64,000 nucleotides of DNA from an uncultured Chloroflexia bacterium (GCA_963802275.1 CAWDIB010000005.1:84089-148088), one strand, 5' to 3'. Positions 39,059 through 49,493 are shown, counted from the stretch's first letter. Made by a program: numbers and translations. Notes: a model not told the origin generated them from the letters alone.

Positions 39059-39502
39059 ATGAGCCGAGAAAAACCCGAAAAGTCGGAAACCACCCAGGAA
39101 GAAGCCATCCAAACCAGCAACGGCGTAAAAAGCCGCATGGTGTGGGTTGTCCTGGCAGTGCTGATCATCCTGGGAGCGCTCATTGCCGGCGTGGTGGTCC
39201 TTGCCCGCACGGATGCCGCCACCACCGGCCAGGTGCGCGATATTTTCATCATTGTCCTGGCGATGGAAGCACTGATCATCGGTGTGGCACTGGTTGTCCT
39301 GGTGGTGCAGCTGGCGCTGCTGATCAACCTCCTACAGAATGAGATCAAACCCATTTTGGAGAACACTCGCCGCACGGTGTTGACCCTCAAGGGCACCAGC
39401 GCCTTCTTAAGCAAGCACGCCATTCAGCCGGTCCTGCGCATTTCCAGCCTGGCAGCCGGATTGCGTAAATTGATTCAAATCGTTGGTATCATTAGAAAAT
39501 AG
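39059..39502 (+). CDS. membrane protein (two TM helices plus C-terminal coiled segment; DUF948-like by architecture)
   Basis: 147 aa. MVWVVLAVLIILGALIAGVVVL and IFIIVLAMEALIIGVALVVLVV helices. Located upstream of a YtxH-type gene. Confidence 0.5.
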   Translation: MSREKPEKSETTQEEAIQTSNGVKSRMVWVVLAVLIILGALIAGVVVLARTDAATTGQVRDIFIIVLAMEALIIGVALVVLVVQLALLINLLQNEIKPILENTRRTVLTLKGTSAFLSKHAIQPVLRISSLAAGLRKLIQIVGIIRK

Positions 39503-39525
39503 AAAAACTACACAGGAGGTAGAAC

Positions 39526-39861
39526 ATGTCCGATCGAAATGATAGTTTTGGTGCTTTCTTGGCCGGCCTGGTTTTGGGCGGTCTGGCAGGCGGGATCGTT
39601 GCCCTGCTGTTCGCTCCGCAATCCGGTGAAGAAACCCGCTCCATCATCCATGACAAAGCCATTGAACTGCGCGATAAGGCCAGTGAAACGTATGAAGAAA
39701 CCTTGTCCCGGGCGGAAAAAGCCGCCGATGAAGCGGTAAAGAGAACCGAAGCGGTTTACAATCAAGCCAAGGCTAAAGCCAGTGAATTGGCCAAGAAAGG
39801 CCAGGTCATGCTGGATGAGCAAAAGGAAAAATTGAGCCGGAAACCCAAATCGGAAGCCTGA
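39526..39861 (+). CDS. YtxH-domain general-stress-type protein
   Basis: FGAFLAGLVLGGLAGGIVALLFAPQSGEETR followed by a Lys/Glu/Ala-rich helix. GGAGG SD. Confidence 0.7.
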   Translation: MSDRNDSFGAFLAGLVLGGLAGGIVALLFAPQSGEETRSIIHDKAIELRDKASETYEETLSRAEKAADEAVKRTEAVYNQAKAKASELAKKGQVMLDEQKEKLSRKPKSEA

Positions 39862-39886
39862 TCAGGGATTTCCACAATCCATTAAA

Positions 39887-39916
39887 ACAGCGCGTTCAAT
39901 CGCGCTGTCTTTTTTT
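39887..39916. terminator. bidirectional rho-independent terminator (ytxH-like gene / nnr)
   Basis: acagcgcg-ttcaat-cgcgctgt stem, with a T7 run on the plus strand and a T4 run on the minus strand. Confidence 0.65.
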
Positions 39917-41456
39917 AATCCAACAGTGCTAGCATCTGCGGTATGGCTCGGATGACGTCCGAGGCAAGCACAGATGCGGTAGTATCCAACTCTTCGGCCG
40001 CCAGCTGACCGGCGCGGGCATGAATAAAAGCAGCGGCAGCCGCGGCATGGAAGCTCTCCATTCCCTGGGTGATCAAGGCAGCCAGCATGCCCGCTAGCAC
40101 ATCCCCCGTACCGGCTTTGGCCAGGGCGGGTGTGGCGATCGGTACCACCATCACCTGCCCCTGCGGTGACGCCACCACGGTCAGCGCGCCCTTCAGCACC
40201 ACCACCACACCCCACTTGATTGCAAATTTACGCGCTGTTTCCATCCGGTCTTGTTGAATGGATTCCACCTTTAACCCGGTCAAGGCTGACATCTCTCCTG
40301 GGTGTGGGGTGAGCACGCTGCCCTTTGGTAATTTCTGATGCCATTCAGTTATTTTAGACAGGTGGCGTAATCCATCCGCATCGACCACCAGAGGCGGAAG
40401 TTTGGGTATTTCAAGAAATTTTCGAATGAAATCAGCTACTGCACCCTCCTGCGCCAACCCGGGACCAACCAAACAAGCATTGACCTTTTCCATGTTCTTG
40501 TGTATAGACACAGCTGATTTGGCGCAAAAATATCCGTCCTCTTCCGGCACAGGCAGCCAGGTGGCTTCCGGTAAATGACCTGCCAGCATGGCTTGCAGCG
40601 ATGACGGGATTGCTATACGCAACAACCCTACTCCCGTTCGGTAAGCTGCCCTGCCAGCCAGCAGCACCGCACCCGGATAATTTATACAGCCAGCTGCCAT
40701 CATCATCGTACCAAAGTCTCCCTTATGAGCATCCAGTGCACGCTTGGGGAGCCAATCGCTCACCTTTAAGGTGTCCACTGCCTGGTCATGCACCTTTTCC
40801 CAGGTTGGCAAGTCCTCCGGGAAATCCAACTCTGCCATACCAATTTCGCCTGCAAAGACAAACGCAGGAAAGGTTAGTAATCCAGTCTTCACCGCCTGTA
40901 TGCACAGCGTCAGGTCGGCCGGGATGCACTCGGCAGCTGCCTGCCCGCTTTCACAATCCACTCCTGACGGGCAATCCACAGCCACGGTATAGGGGCGTTC
41001 CTCATAAGCGGACACAAATCCCAGCACATCCGCCACTGGTTTCTCAAGCGGCAAGCGTACCCCGGTACCCAGCACCCCATCCAAAAGTAATTCAGCTCTC
41101 TCCAGCCATTCTTCCAGCTTGACGAAACCTTCATCCATCTCCGCATGCAGGACCTTGCCCCCTTTATATTGAAAAGTAGTCAGCCATTCATCCTCTTCGG
41201 CGCGCGGCTTCACCAGGTAGGCGGCGGCCTTCCAGCCCTGATCGATCAGGTTGGTCAGCGCGATCAGGGTATCCCCGCCATTGTTGCCGGAACCCACCAA
41301 GCCCAACACCACCCGGTTCTCGCAATCATAAAATCGCACCAGCACATGAAAAGCGATCTCCCGCCCGGCATTGAGCATCATCTGCCGGTAGCTCAATTCG
41401 CGGGCATCCGCTTCCTTTTCCAGTGCGCGCATTTGTTCAACCGTTACGATCTTCAT
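39915..41456 (-). CDS. nnr: bifunctional NAD(P)H-hydrate repair enzyme (epimerase/ADP-dependent dehydratase), YjeF family
   Basis: 513 aa. N-terminal YjeF_N (GSGNNGGDTLIA) and C-terminal carbohydrate-kinase-like domain (GTGDVLAGMLAAL). Confidence 0.8.
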   Translation of the reverse strand: MKIVTVEQMRALEKEADARELSYRQMMLNAGREIAFHVLVRFYDCENRVVLGLVGSGNNGGDTLIALTNLIDQGWKAAAYLVKPRAEEDEWLTTFQYKGGKVLHAEMDEGFVKLEEWLERAELLLDGVLGTGVRLPLEKPVADVLGFVSAYEERPYTVAVDCPSGVDCESGQAAAECIPADLTLCIQAVKTGLLTFPAFVFAGEIGMAELDFPEDLPTWEKVHDQAVDTLKVSDWLPKRALDAHKGDFGTMMMAAGCINYPGAVLLAGRAAYRTGVGLLRIAIPSSLQAMLAGHLPEATWLPVPEEDGYFCAKSAVSIHKNMEKVNACLVGPGLAQEGAVADFIRKFLEIPKLPPLVVDADGLRHLSKITEWHQKLPKGSVLTPHPGEMSALTGLKVESIQQDRMETARKFAIKWGVVVVLKGALTVVASPQGQVMVVPIATPALAKAGTGDVLAGMLAALITQGMESFHAAAAAAFIHARAGQLAAEELDTTASVLASDVIRAIPQMLALLD

Positions 41457-41521
41457 CTTTCACCTCAATGGTTATGAAAATTATACAATGCCCATCATCT
41501 TCCACCAGCTGCTCCATCAGG

Positions 41522-41527
41522 TATAAT
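41522..41527 (+). promoter_or_regulatory. TATAAT -10 element, 7 nt upstream of the ATG at 41535 (candidate leaderless promoter)
   Basis: caggtataatcctcgccATG, read directly. Confidence 0.4.
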
Positions 41528-41534
41528 CCTCGCC

Positions 41535-43092
41535 ATGCGGCGCTACCTTTACCTCGGGGTCTTTTTTTCGGGCATGACGTCGCTGGCTGTGGAACTTTCT
41601 GCTTCGCGCCTGCTGGGTAATTACTTCGGGTCGAGCAACCTGGTGTGGGCTTGCATCATCGGTCTGGTGCTGATCTACCTCACCATCGGCTACAGCCTGG
41701 GCGGCAAATGGGCGGACCAATCCCCCAAGTTTGAACGGTTCTTCAACATCCTCGCATGGGCAGCCCTGCTGGTGGGACTGGTGCCGATGGCAGCCCGCCC
41801 AATCCTGCGCCTGGCAAGCCAGGCTTTTGATGCCCTCCACCTCGGTCCGCTGGCCGGCGCCTTTATCGCCGTGCTGCTGCTCTTCAGCGCGCCGGTCATC
41901 CTGCTCGGCACCGCCTCACCTTTCGCCATCCGTCTGGGACTGCAGGACAAGCGCACCTCCGGCAGCTTTAGCGGCAGGGTTTACGCCGTTTCCACCATCG
42001 GCTCTTTCATCGGCACCTTCCTGCCCGTGCTGTGGCTCATCCCTGCTGTTGGCACCTACCGCACTTTTCTCATTCTCAGCGCCTGCCTCTTAATTTTCTC
42101 CCTCTTTGCCTTATGGCGTACCGTCTCATTGCATACCGCCCTGAAAAAAATATGGATGCCGTTCTTGCTGCTCTTTTCGGCATTGGTCGGCCTGTCTGGA
42201 ACAGACAAGAATCCGACCGGCATGATCTATGAAACCGAATCCGCCTATAACTACATCCAGGTGCTGGAACTGGATGGGATGCGTTACTTGCGCTTGAATG
42301 AAGGCCAGGGATTCCACTCGGTCTACCAGGAGGGAGTGAGTAATTACCATGGCGCCTGGGAGTACACCCTGGCAGCACCATTCATCAGCCCCAACTTGTG
42401 TGATCATAATCAAGTTAGTCGCATCGCCATTCTCGGCCTGGCCGCCGGCACCAGTGCCAGAGAAGCTTTACAGGTTTTTCCAAACGTCACCGTAGACGGG
42501 TATGAGATTGACCCGCAAGTAGCCGAGGTTGGCTGGCAGTACTTTGCCATGCCGCGCGAAAGTGAAGGATTGAAAGTGATCGCCGAGGATGCCCGCTGGG
42601 GGCTGGCCAAATCCACCGGCAGGTATGACGTGGTCAGCATCGACGCCTTCCGCCCACCTTACATCCCCTGGCACCTGACCACCCGCGAATTTTTCCAGCA
42701 GGTCAGCGACAAAATGAATCCGCGCGGGGTGCTGGTGTTGAATATCGTGCGCGTGGGCAGCAACCGTTCCCTGGTGGATGCCCTGGTTGCCACCCTGCGC
42801 CAGGTCTTTCCTCGGTGCTCATCAGTGATATCCCCGGTATGTTCAATACCATCGTTTTCGCCTGCGCCAGCCCACCAGCGCAGTGGAGGTGGCGCAAAAT
42901 ACGACCTGTTTGTCCGCCCAAAGCGGCACTCCCGCGGTCATCACCGAGGTGCTCACCACTACGCTGATCAACCTCCAGTCGCTGCCAGCCGATGGCCTGG
43001 TGCTGACCGATGACCGCGCCCCGGTGGAATGGCTGACCACGCGCATGCTGCTGGATTTCATCCTCTCCGGTCGAACAAGGGAATTGCAATGA
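41535..43092 (+). pseudogene. fused polytopic-membrane / spermidine-synthase-like (class I methyltransferase fold) protein, two apparent frameshifts near the 3' end
   Basis: ORF 41535..43013 carries the N-terminal TM bundle, then YETESAYNYIQV, ILGLAAGT and VVSIDAF. After LRQVFP the sense continues in another frame (SVLISDIPGMFNTIVFACASPPA, shift near 42810). A third frame, ORF 42883..43092 (EVAQNTT...VLTDDRAPVEWLT), follows after a shift near 42875. Confidence 0.7.
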
Positions 43093-43755
43093 AAACTCTC
43101 AAGAATATGCTCTTATCCCTGCTCATCCTCACCCTGCCCCTACTGCTGGTGATCACCTCCATCCGCATCGTGCTCAGCCCGCTTTTCCTCGAGGTGGAAT
43201 ACCGCCTGCCCGGTTTTCCCGAAGACCCGTTTCGGTTTCACCTTCGACGAACGATTGCACTTTGCCCGCCTGTCCGCTGATTACCTGGTTAATTCCACCC
43301 CGCTCGACTTCCTGGCGGACATACAAATGGAGAACGGGCAGCCCTTGTACAATGAGCGCGAACTGAGCCACATGCTGGATGTCAAGAACCTCACCCAGGC
43401 AGTGCTCAATGTCTGGTATCTCATCATCGCGCTCTTTGCATTTGGGGTTCTATTTTTCCGGAAGAACAATGAGATTTGGAGATTCTGGCAGGCCGTGCGC
43501 CAGGGCGGCTGGCTGACGATAGGACTGGTGGCCGCCATCCTACTGGGCGTCCTGCTTAGCTTTAATGCCCTGTTCACCGCCTTTCACCGCATCTTCTTCA
43601 GCGGGGATACCTGGCTGTTCTATTACAGCGATTCGCTCATCCGACTCTTCCCCCAGCGTTTCTGGATGGACGTGTTCTTTTTCATCGGCGGATTTAGCAT
43701 TCTCTTTTCAGTGTTCGCTATCTTTTTCGGCCACAGGTATTCGTCCCTTAAATAA
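43089..43755 (+). pseudogene. TIGR01906/DUF1461-type integral membrane protein, one apparent frameshift
   Basis: MKTLKNMLLSLLILTLPLLLV...YRLPGFPEDPF in ORF 43029..43280, then (G)FTFDERLHFARLSADYL... in ORF 43255..43755. There is one extra base near 43233. ATGA overlap with the upstream gene. Confidence 0.65.
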
Positions 43756-43783
43756 AAAAAATCCCCTCCAGGTAGGAGGGGAT
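43754..43783 (-). terminator. rho-independent terminator for the minus-strand aminotransferase gene
   Basis: atcccctcc-aggta-ggaggggat stem, followed on the minus strand by a T-run (the plus-strand A-run at 43754-43760). Confidence 0.6.
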
Positions 43784-43792
43784 CGAAATGTT

Positions 43793-44896
43793 TTAAGCTT
43801 TGAATTGAGCCAGGGCTTTCAGCACCTGGTCAATATCGGCGCTGGTGAGGATGGGTGACATGTGCCCGATGCGGAAGATCTGGTCGTGCAGTTCCGCCAG
43901 CCCGGTTGAGATCTGGATGCCGTGCTCCTTTAGCAGGTATTGCACGATGCGCGGGCTTGGTACTTCCTTGGGTGGCACCCCAGCCGTCAGCACGGGTGAC
44001 ATTTCTTCATTCGGTGTAAAGGGCGGCATGCCCAACTCGCGCAGACCATGGCGCAATTGAAGGGCCAGCTGGCGGAAGCGCTCCATGCGGGCGGGAATGC
44101 CTTCCGCGACCAGTTGCTGCAGCGAAACCGCCAGGGCGTTTACCAGGCTGGTGGCCATGGTGATGGGCGTCGGGTGCCAGTCACCCCACTCCAGCGAATA
44201 CTTGCGCCAGATCGCCAGGTTGGTGTACCAGCCGTGCCCGCGCTTGGGGTTGCGGTCGATGGCTTCCCATGCCCGCGCGTTGACCGCCACCGGCGCCAGC
44301 CCGGGCGGGGCGCCCAGGCATTTTTGGGTGGCCGAGGCGCACAGGTCAATGCACCACTCATCCATCGCAAAAGGCAGCCCGCCGAGAGAGGACACCGCAT
44401 CCACAAAGAACAACAGGTCGTGTTTGCGCGCCAGCGGTCCCAACTGCTCGATGGGGTTGATCACCGTGGTGGAGGTCTCGCAGTGCACCGCCGCCAGCAT
44501 GCGTGCATCCGGGTTTTCATGGATGACCTTTTCAATAGCGTTTACATCCAGCTTTTTGCCCCACTCTGCTTTTGCCTGAACCACCTGCAGTCCGTTGTGT
44601 TCTGCAATGGAAGCCAGCCGGTCGCCGAAAAAGCCGTTGTTGCCAATGATGACCTTCTCACCCGTATCCAGGCAGCTGCCCAGGCAGGAATCGATGGCCG
44701 CCGTGCCGGAGCTGGTCATCAAAAACACATCCGCCTGCGTTCCCAATATTTGCTTCAACACCCCCAGTACTCCGTTGTACTTTTCCACCCAGGCTTCGCC
44801 GTAATGCGGCGTGACCTGGCTGCTCATGGCGCGCAGCACCTCCGGGTGCACTTCGACCGGACCGGGGATCATCAGTTTGATGGGTTTATCAGGCAT
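43793..44896 (-). CDS. class-V PLP aminotransferase (serine-pyruvate / alanine-glyoxylate type)
   Basis: 367 aa. PLP-lysine context SATQKCLGAPPGLAPV. Confidence 0.75.
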   Translation of the reverse strand: MPDKPIKLMIPGPVEVHPEVLRAMSSQVTPHYGEAWVEKYNGVLGVLKQILGTQADVFLMTSSGTAAIDSCLGSCLDTGEKVIIGNNGFFGDRLASIAEHNGLQVVQAKAEWGKKLDVNAIEKVIHENPDARMLAAVHCETSTTVINPIEQLGPLARKHDLLFFVDAVSSLGGLPFAMDEWCIDLCASATQKCLGAPPGLAPVAVNARAWEAIDRNPKRGHGWYTNLAIWRKYSLEWGDWHPTPITMATSLVNALAVSLQQLVAEGIPARMERFRQLALQLRHGLRELGMPPFTPNEEMSPVLTAGVPPKEVPSPRIVQYLLKEHGIQISTGLAELHDQIFRIGHMSPILTSADIDQVLKALAQFKA

Positions 44897-44970
44897 TCAG
44901 ATTTTTCCTTTCCAAGAATATTGTAATGAGGCGTACGAAAAGTGCAACTGAAAAAAAGCGCCAAAACGGG

Positions 44971-46092
44971 TTACAAGGCTCGCCGGTAATTGCGGTGCAT
45001 CTTGCAGAAATCCAGCCCCAGCGCGGCCATTTCCATCTGCATTTTTTGGTTGTCCACCCCGATCTGCACCACATCCGCGCGGGTGAAGGTGCCGCTCAGC
45101 AGCGTCTTTTCCATCTCGCTGAACAGGATGGCCGTGCCGCCCATGCCGCGGTATTCCTCGATGATGCCCGCCCCGTTGATGTCGATCCAGGTGGTGCGCT
45201 TCAACTCCAGCAGCAGGTCGATCCAGCCAAAAGGGAACAGCTTGCCTTTGGTGCGCTGCAAGGCAGCGGAAACATTTGGGTAGGCAAACAAAAAACCGAC
45301 GATCTGCTCGCCCTTCTTGAGGATCTTGATCAGGCGTGGATTGGCAAACCAGATGAGCTGCTCCGCCATCACTTTGGCTTCCTCGTCGGTCAGCGGTGTG
45401 TTACCGACCGTGCCGGGCAGCGACTCATTGTAAAGTTTCTTCAGTTGAGGCACAAAGGCGCGCAGGTCAGCCCGGCTGGTGAAGCGCTCCACGCTCAGCC
45501 CCAGGCGCGCCTGCACCTTCTCCGCCACCAGACGCACCTTTTCCGGCAGGCGGTACTCCGGTTTCAGGTAACCCGAGACCACATCCCCGTCGGGAAGAAA
45601 GCCCGCATCTTCAACCAGCTTTTGATAATAGTCATGGTTGTAAGGGATACCCATGGCCGGCATATATTCAAAGCCCTTGATGAGCAGCCCCATCCCGTCC
45701 AGGGCGGTAAAGCCCTTTGGTCCCTTGATTAGGTTCAACCCTCGCTTGCGTGCCCATTCAAAGGCGGCGTTGAAAAGCCCTCGCGAAATATCCAAGTCAT
45801 CCATGCATTCGAATAGGTAGAAGAAGGCCGTCTTTTCATGGTTGTACTCGTTGTAATGGCGGTTGTCCATTACGGCAATGCGCCCGATGGCTTTCCCTGC
45901 CTCATCCAGTGTCAGGAAGAAGGCCGCATCCGAATGGCGGTAAAAAGGATGGCGTTGGCGGTCCAGCATGCGGCGCGCATCACCCTGCAGAGGCGGAACC
46001 CAAACCATGCAATCCTTATATATTTTATAAGGCAAGGCGAGAAATTCTTTTACATGGTTTGCAATTTGTGTATCGACTTCAAGGATTGACAA
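44971..46092 (-). CDS. GNAT-like N-acetyltransferase-family protein (about 370-aa form)
   Basis: 373 aa. C-terminal acetyl-CoA-site-like YRGMGGTAILFSEMEK. TTG start. Confidence 0.5.
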   Translation of the reverse strand: MSILEVDTQIANHVKEFLALPYKIYKDCMVWVPPLQGDARRMLDRQRHPFYRHSDAAFFLTLDEAGKAIGRIAVMDNRHYNEYNHEKTAFFYLFECMDDLDISRGLFNAAFEWARKRGLNLIKGPKGFTALDGMGLLIKGFEYMPAMGIPYNHDYYQKLVEDAGFLPDGDVVSGYLKPEYRLPEKVRLVAEKVQARLGLSVERFTSRADLRAFVPQLKKLYNESLPGTVGNTPLTDEEAKVMAEQLIWFANPRLIKILKKGEQIVGFLFAYPNVSAALQRTKGKLFPFGWIDLLLELKRTTWIDINGAGIIEEYRGMGGTAILFSEMEKTLLSGTFTRADVVQIGVDNQKMQMEMAALGLDFCKMHRNYRRAL

Positions 46093-46281
46093 GAAATTTA
46101 ATTCCTGGGAAAGAGGTAGAAAGATTATACACTTTACACGAAAGTCAGCATTTTATCTCAACTGCAAAAATCTCTCGAAAATTCTTGCCGTATAAACTTC
46201 TATTACGATGTTAATAATTCTTGGGTCGTTCGGATAATACACTGATTCTATGAATTGTTTCCATCATAACATGGACTATAA

Positions 46282-46914
46282 ATGATATCGATTGATAATG
46301 TACTCATTTACCGTTTCACTCTGGCAGCAGGCATAAGTGCTATCCTTCAGGTTTTATTATTAATTTTGATGTTTACCGTTTCCAGAAAACCATTTGGAAG
46401 GATGAGTGACTATTTTTATGTTCTCACTCCGCTTTTAATGCTCCCATTTTTTCTGTCATTGCATAGAATTCCGGTCATGCAAAACTCAAATATCAATTGG
46501 ATCATTCAACTTTTAGGTATCATCGGCCTCGTGGTCGCCTCAGGTACCGAAGTGGTTTTACTGCTAAAGCTGATTGACTTCAGACAATCCATCTGGGGAA
46601 ACTTGATTGGTTTGGGATTGGCCGGTATTCCAATATTGGTCCTCTCAATAGTGAGTTTCGGTAAAACGGCATTTCCCGCAGGTTTTAATTGGCTTGGAAT
46701 TGCACTGGGTGCAGCGATGGTCATCGGGATCCCTTCCGTTTTCTTTTTTATCGACGCATTTCTTGCCCTCGGGCACAGCAGTGGGTTCAATTGGTCGAAA
46801 GCCAATCCTCTCGTCTATCCGGCGGTAATAGCGGGAATACTTACCCAGGTTGGTTTGCCGATCTGGCTGATCTGGGCATCCTGGTGGATACCATCAGGAA
46901 ATCTGATATTCTGA
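46282..46914 (+). CDS. hypothetical polytopic membrane protein
   Basis: 210 aa with about 6 hydrophobic helices and no motif recognised. Lower-GC segment. Confidence 0.5.
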   Translation: MISIDNVLIYRFTLAAGISAILQVLLLILMFTVSRKPFGRMSDYFYVLTPLLMLPFFLSLHRIPVMQNSNINWIIQLLGIIGLVVASGTEVVLLLKLIDFRQSIWGNLIGLGLAGIPILVLSIVSFGKTAFPAGFNWLGIALGAAMVIGIPSVFFFIDAFLALGHSSGFNWSKANPLVYPAVIAGILTQVGLPIWLIWASWWIPSGNLIF

Positions 46915-47324
46915 GAATGAGTCAACGGGTGCAGGATTTCGATTGCGGTCACATATCGTTAACACTCGTCTAAAATATTATCTAATCTAAAAAAGTTTTA
47001 AGACCTTGATTATTATGTATGTGGCGCACGCATCTTTACAGCATGCCCTCATTGCAAGTTGTCGAATAAATATTGAATGGCAGGCTAAGGGATTATGTTT
47101 TCTTTGGCTGAATAGGTTGTGTTGTGATTGACTCAAGCGTCATCGTGGCTGCCGGTGCAGGTGGTGTGGAGCAGGCGGAAATTAAAAGCAAAACTATTAT
47201 GCAGATATTGAACATGCTCATAATATATACTCTCGACATCAATGCACGCACTCAATCGTATAGGTCATTGGATTAGGGGTTTTTTCATTAATAATTACAG
47301 CAAGGAAGTTAGTGGATCATGGAC

Positions 47325-48299
47325 TCAATTACACTGCGTCTCAATGAGACTATGATAGGAACTTGCCGGGGCAGGCAGGTTCTTAATAAAATCAAAACTA
47401 TAATCCTCCCAATTGGATATGGCAGTGGTCCATGTGTATTGCACCGTCTTCGTTCCCGCGGCAGTAAAAGTGACGGTCAGAGGACCTGAGTCCTGGTATC
47501 CACCAGTCATTGAGTATGTCTCCCATGCGTACGTGACCACTCCGGCGCCATTAGCGGTGATGACCGCTGTGGTGGTAATAGTGTCTGTTTGCCCACAGGT
47601 TACCGTAATATCATTTTGGGTTGCCGAAAGCACTACATTGGTCACTGCAAAGGCTGGCGGAACAGGCCGGGATGTGGCGGTTGGCGCGGGAATATAAATC
47701 TTCAAATAGACCTGGGCAAACAACGCGCCGTTATCCGCCCGCATCTTCCAATAACTGCTTAAGCTGCCGCCACTGGATGGAGCGCGAAATGAAACGGGTA
47801 TGGTCACCTGCCCACCTGGCGGGATCACCGCATTGATCGCCACCCCTGCCGGTGCGTTCATTCGCTCGCCGCTTGAAAAAACCAACTGGTAATTGGGATT
47901 CCAGGTGCAGCTGCCGGTGTTGCGCAGCGTCCAGGTCTTGGTGAAGGTGGAACCGCTCGCCACAGTGGTGCCATCCGGTATGTTTTCGCCGACGAGGAGC
48001 GCATAATAGCACGGCAGCTGAGTAGAAGTCGGCATTCCCAGCTGAACCGGCTGCCCGGCTGGCGAGAGAGGTGGATTGGGCAATTTGATACCACTTTCTG
48101 TTTTAGGATTTTCATTGGCAGGAGGAAGCGTCGGAGGTGGATTTGCCTGCATTGTCTTTACCGCCTGGGCGACCAGGTAGTCCACCAACTGGCGTGAATC
48201 AATGGTCAGGAGGCAGCCAGGAAGTATGAGGAAAAGCAATAGGGTAATCAGTATTTTGTTAATTGATCCCATTTCTTCGACACTCCGTTTTTCTGACAT
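47325..48299 (-). CDS. secreted/anchored protein with NBR1-like (FW/Ig-like) domain and C-terminal beta-rich domain
   Basis: N-terminal hydrophobic anchor with PGC, then a Pro-rich linker. The domain DGTTVASGSTFTKTWTLRNTGSCTW...IPVSFRAPSSGGSLSSYWKM is typical of NBR1-like domains. Confidence 0.6.
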   Translation of the reverse strand: MSEKRSVEEMGSINKILITLLLFLILPGCLLTIDSRQLVDYLVAQAVKTMQANPPPTLPPANENPKTESGIKLPNPPLSPAGQPVQLGMPTSTQLPCYYALLVGENIPDGTTVASGSTFTKTWTLRNTGSCTWNPNYQLVFSSGERMNAPAGVAINAVIPPGGQVTIPVSFRAPSSGGSLSSYWKMRADNGALFAQVYLKIYIPAPTATSRPVPPAFAVTNVVLSATQNDITVTCGQTDTITTTAVITANGAGVVTYAWETYSMTGGYQDSGPLTVTFTAAGTKTVQYTWTTAISNWEDYSFDFIKNLPAPASSYHSLIETQCN

Positions 48300-48407
48300 T
48301 GATTTTTAATTGATCATCCAAGACTTTAATCAATAACGGTCGGCAGTTGATTTCATTAATTCTTCGAGTGAACCTAATGAACAAAGAAGAAATCAGATGA
48401 CCAGCGT

Positions 48408-48668
48408 TCATTTCTGCAATATTTCCTTATCTGCTAGGACGATCTCATCCATGACAGCGTTGTATTCAACGCGCGTTTCTTCGGTCAAACTGGGCGAATA
48501 CTGCAGGAATTTGACCAGGTCGCGTGCCTGGCGCAGTAGGTCCTTCACCTGCGCCACAAAAGCCAGGTCGCGGTAGCCCAGTCCGGGCGGTTCGGGCAGT
48601 GCGCGCGCTTGCCGGATAAATACTTTTGCCTGGTCGAGGCGCTGGCGGGGGGTGAGCGGTTTGGGCAT
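48408..48668 (-). CDS. hypothetical protein (86 aa, helical)
   Basis: Intact ORF. No motif recognised. Confidence 0.4.
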   Translation of the reverse strand: MPKPLTPRQRLDQAKVFIRQARALPEPPGLGYRDLAFVAQVKDLLRQARDLVKFLQYSPSLTEETRVEYNAVMDEIVLADKEILQK

Positions 48669-48767
48669 TGGTTATGATGTGAAAAAGTGAAAAAACTTGA
48701 ATTTAGCTAATAATTTTCACTCTATGCTATCATTCTACCTGAAATTACCTTCCATAATTGATGCATC

Positions 48768-49472
48768 ATGACAACGAAAAAATCTGTTCCTTCCGCCTTC
48801 AGTTTCTTCCTTTCCATGGCTGTCACCGCTTTTATTTTTCCTTTAATACTTTTCCCCTCCGCCGGAACATGGCAGTGGGTGGAAGGCTGGATTTTCTGCA
48901 TTTGGATGATCGTCATGGGCATATCCAATGCCACTTACCTGTACCTGAAAGACCCGGACCTGCTGGCGGAAAGATCAAAAATTACCGGCGGGGATAATCA
49001 AAAGAAATGGGATCGTTTTTTCCTGCCTCTCGCCTACCTCATGTTCATCATCTGGTTCGTGCTCATTCCCCTGGATGCAGTACGGTTTGGTTGGTCCTCG
49101 GTCTTCCCGATGTGGCTGAAAGTGACCGGTGGTCTGCTGTTGATACCCTCGCTCTACTTTATCTATTTCGCCACGGCTGAAAACACTTTTTTATCCACCC
49201 GCGTGCGCATTCAATCTGAAAGGAAACAGCGCGTCATTTCCACCGGCGTCTATGGGTTCGTCCGCCATCCCCTTTACCTGGGAGGGGTGCTGATGCTGTC
49301 TGGTGCGCCATTGTTGACCGGCTCGCTGATCGGGCTGGCCATCAGTCTGGTGGCATTCATCTCGCTGATCATCCGCATCATCGGGGAGGAAAAGATGCTC
49401 GTGGATGAACTCGAAGGATACCGGGAATATGCCCAAAAAACCAGGTACAGGCTGATCCCATTCATTTGGTGA
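48768..49472 (+). CDS. isoprenylcysteine carboxyl methyltransferase (ICMT/PEMT)-family membrane methyltransferase
   Basis: GVYGFVRHPLYLGGVLMLSGAPLL and C-terminal EEKMLVDELEGYREYAQKTRYRLIPFIW. Confidence 0.7.
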   Translation: MTTKKSVPSAFSFFLSMAVTAFIFPLILFPSAGTWQWVEGWIFCIWMIVMGISNATYLYLKDPDLLAERSKITGGDNQKKWDRFFLPLAYLMFIIWFVLIPLDAVRFGWSSVFPMWLKVTGGLLLIPSLYFIYFATAENTFLSTRVRIQSERKQRVISTGVYGFVRHPLYLGGVLMLSGAPLLTGSLIGLAISLVAFISLIIRIIGEEKMLVDELEGYREYAQKTRYRLIPFIW

Positions 49473-49493
49473 TCATTTAAATCCTCCTTCACC

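Noticed and set aside
47093-47221. A 42-aa minus-strand ORF with a lipobox-like N-terminus (MSMFNICIIVLLLISACSTPP...) in the 410-bp spacer 46915-47324.
   Set aside because: It has no SD and no recognisable mature domain. It looks at best like the leftover 5' end of a lipoprotein gene, and there is not enough evidence to call it a gene.
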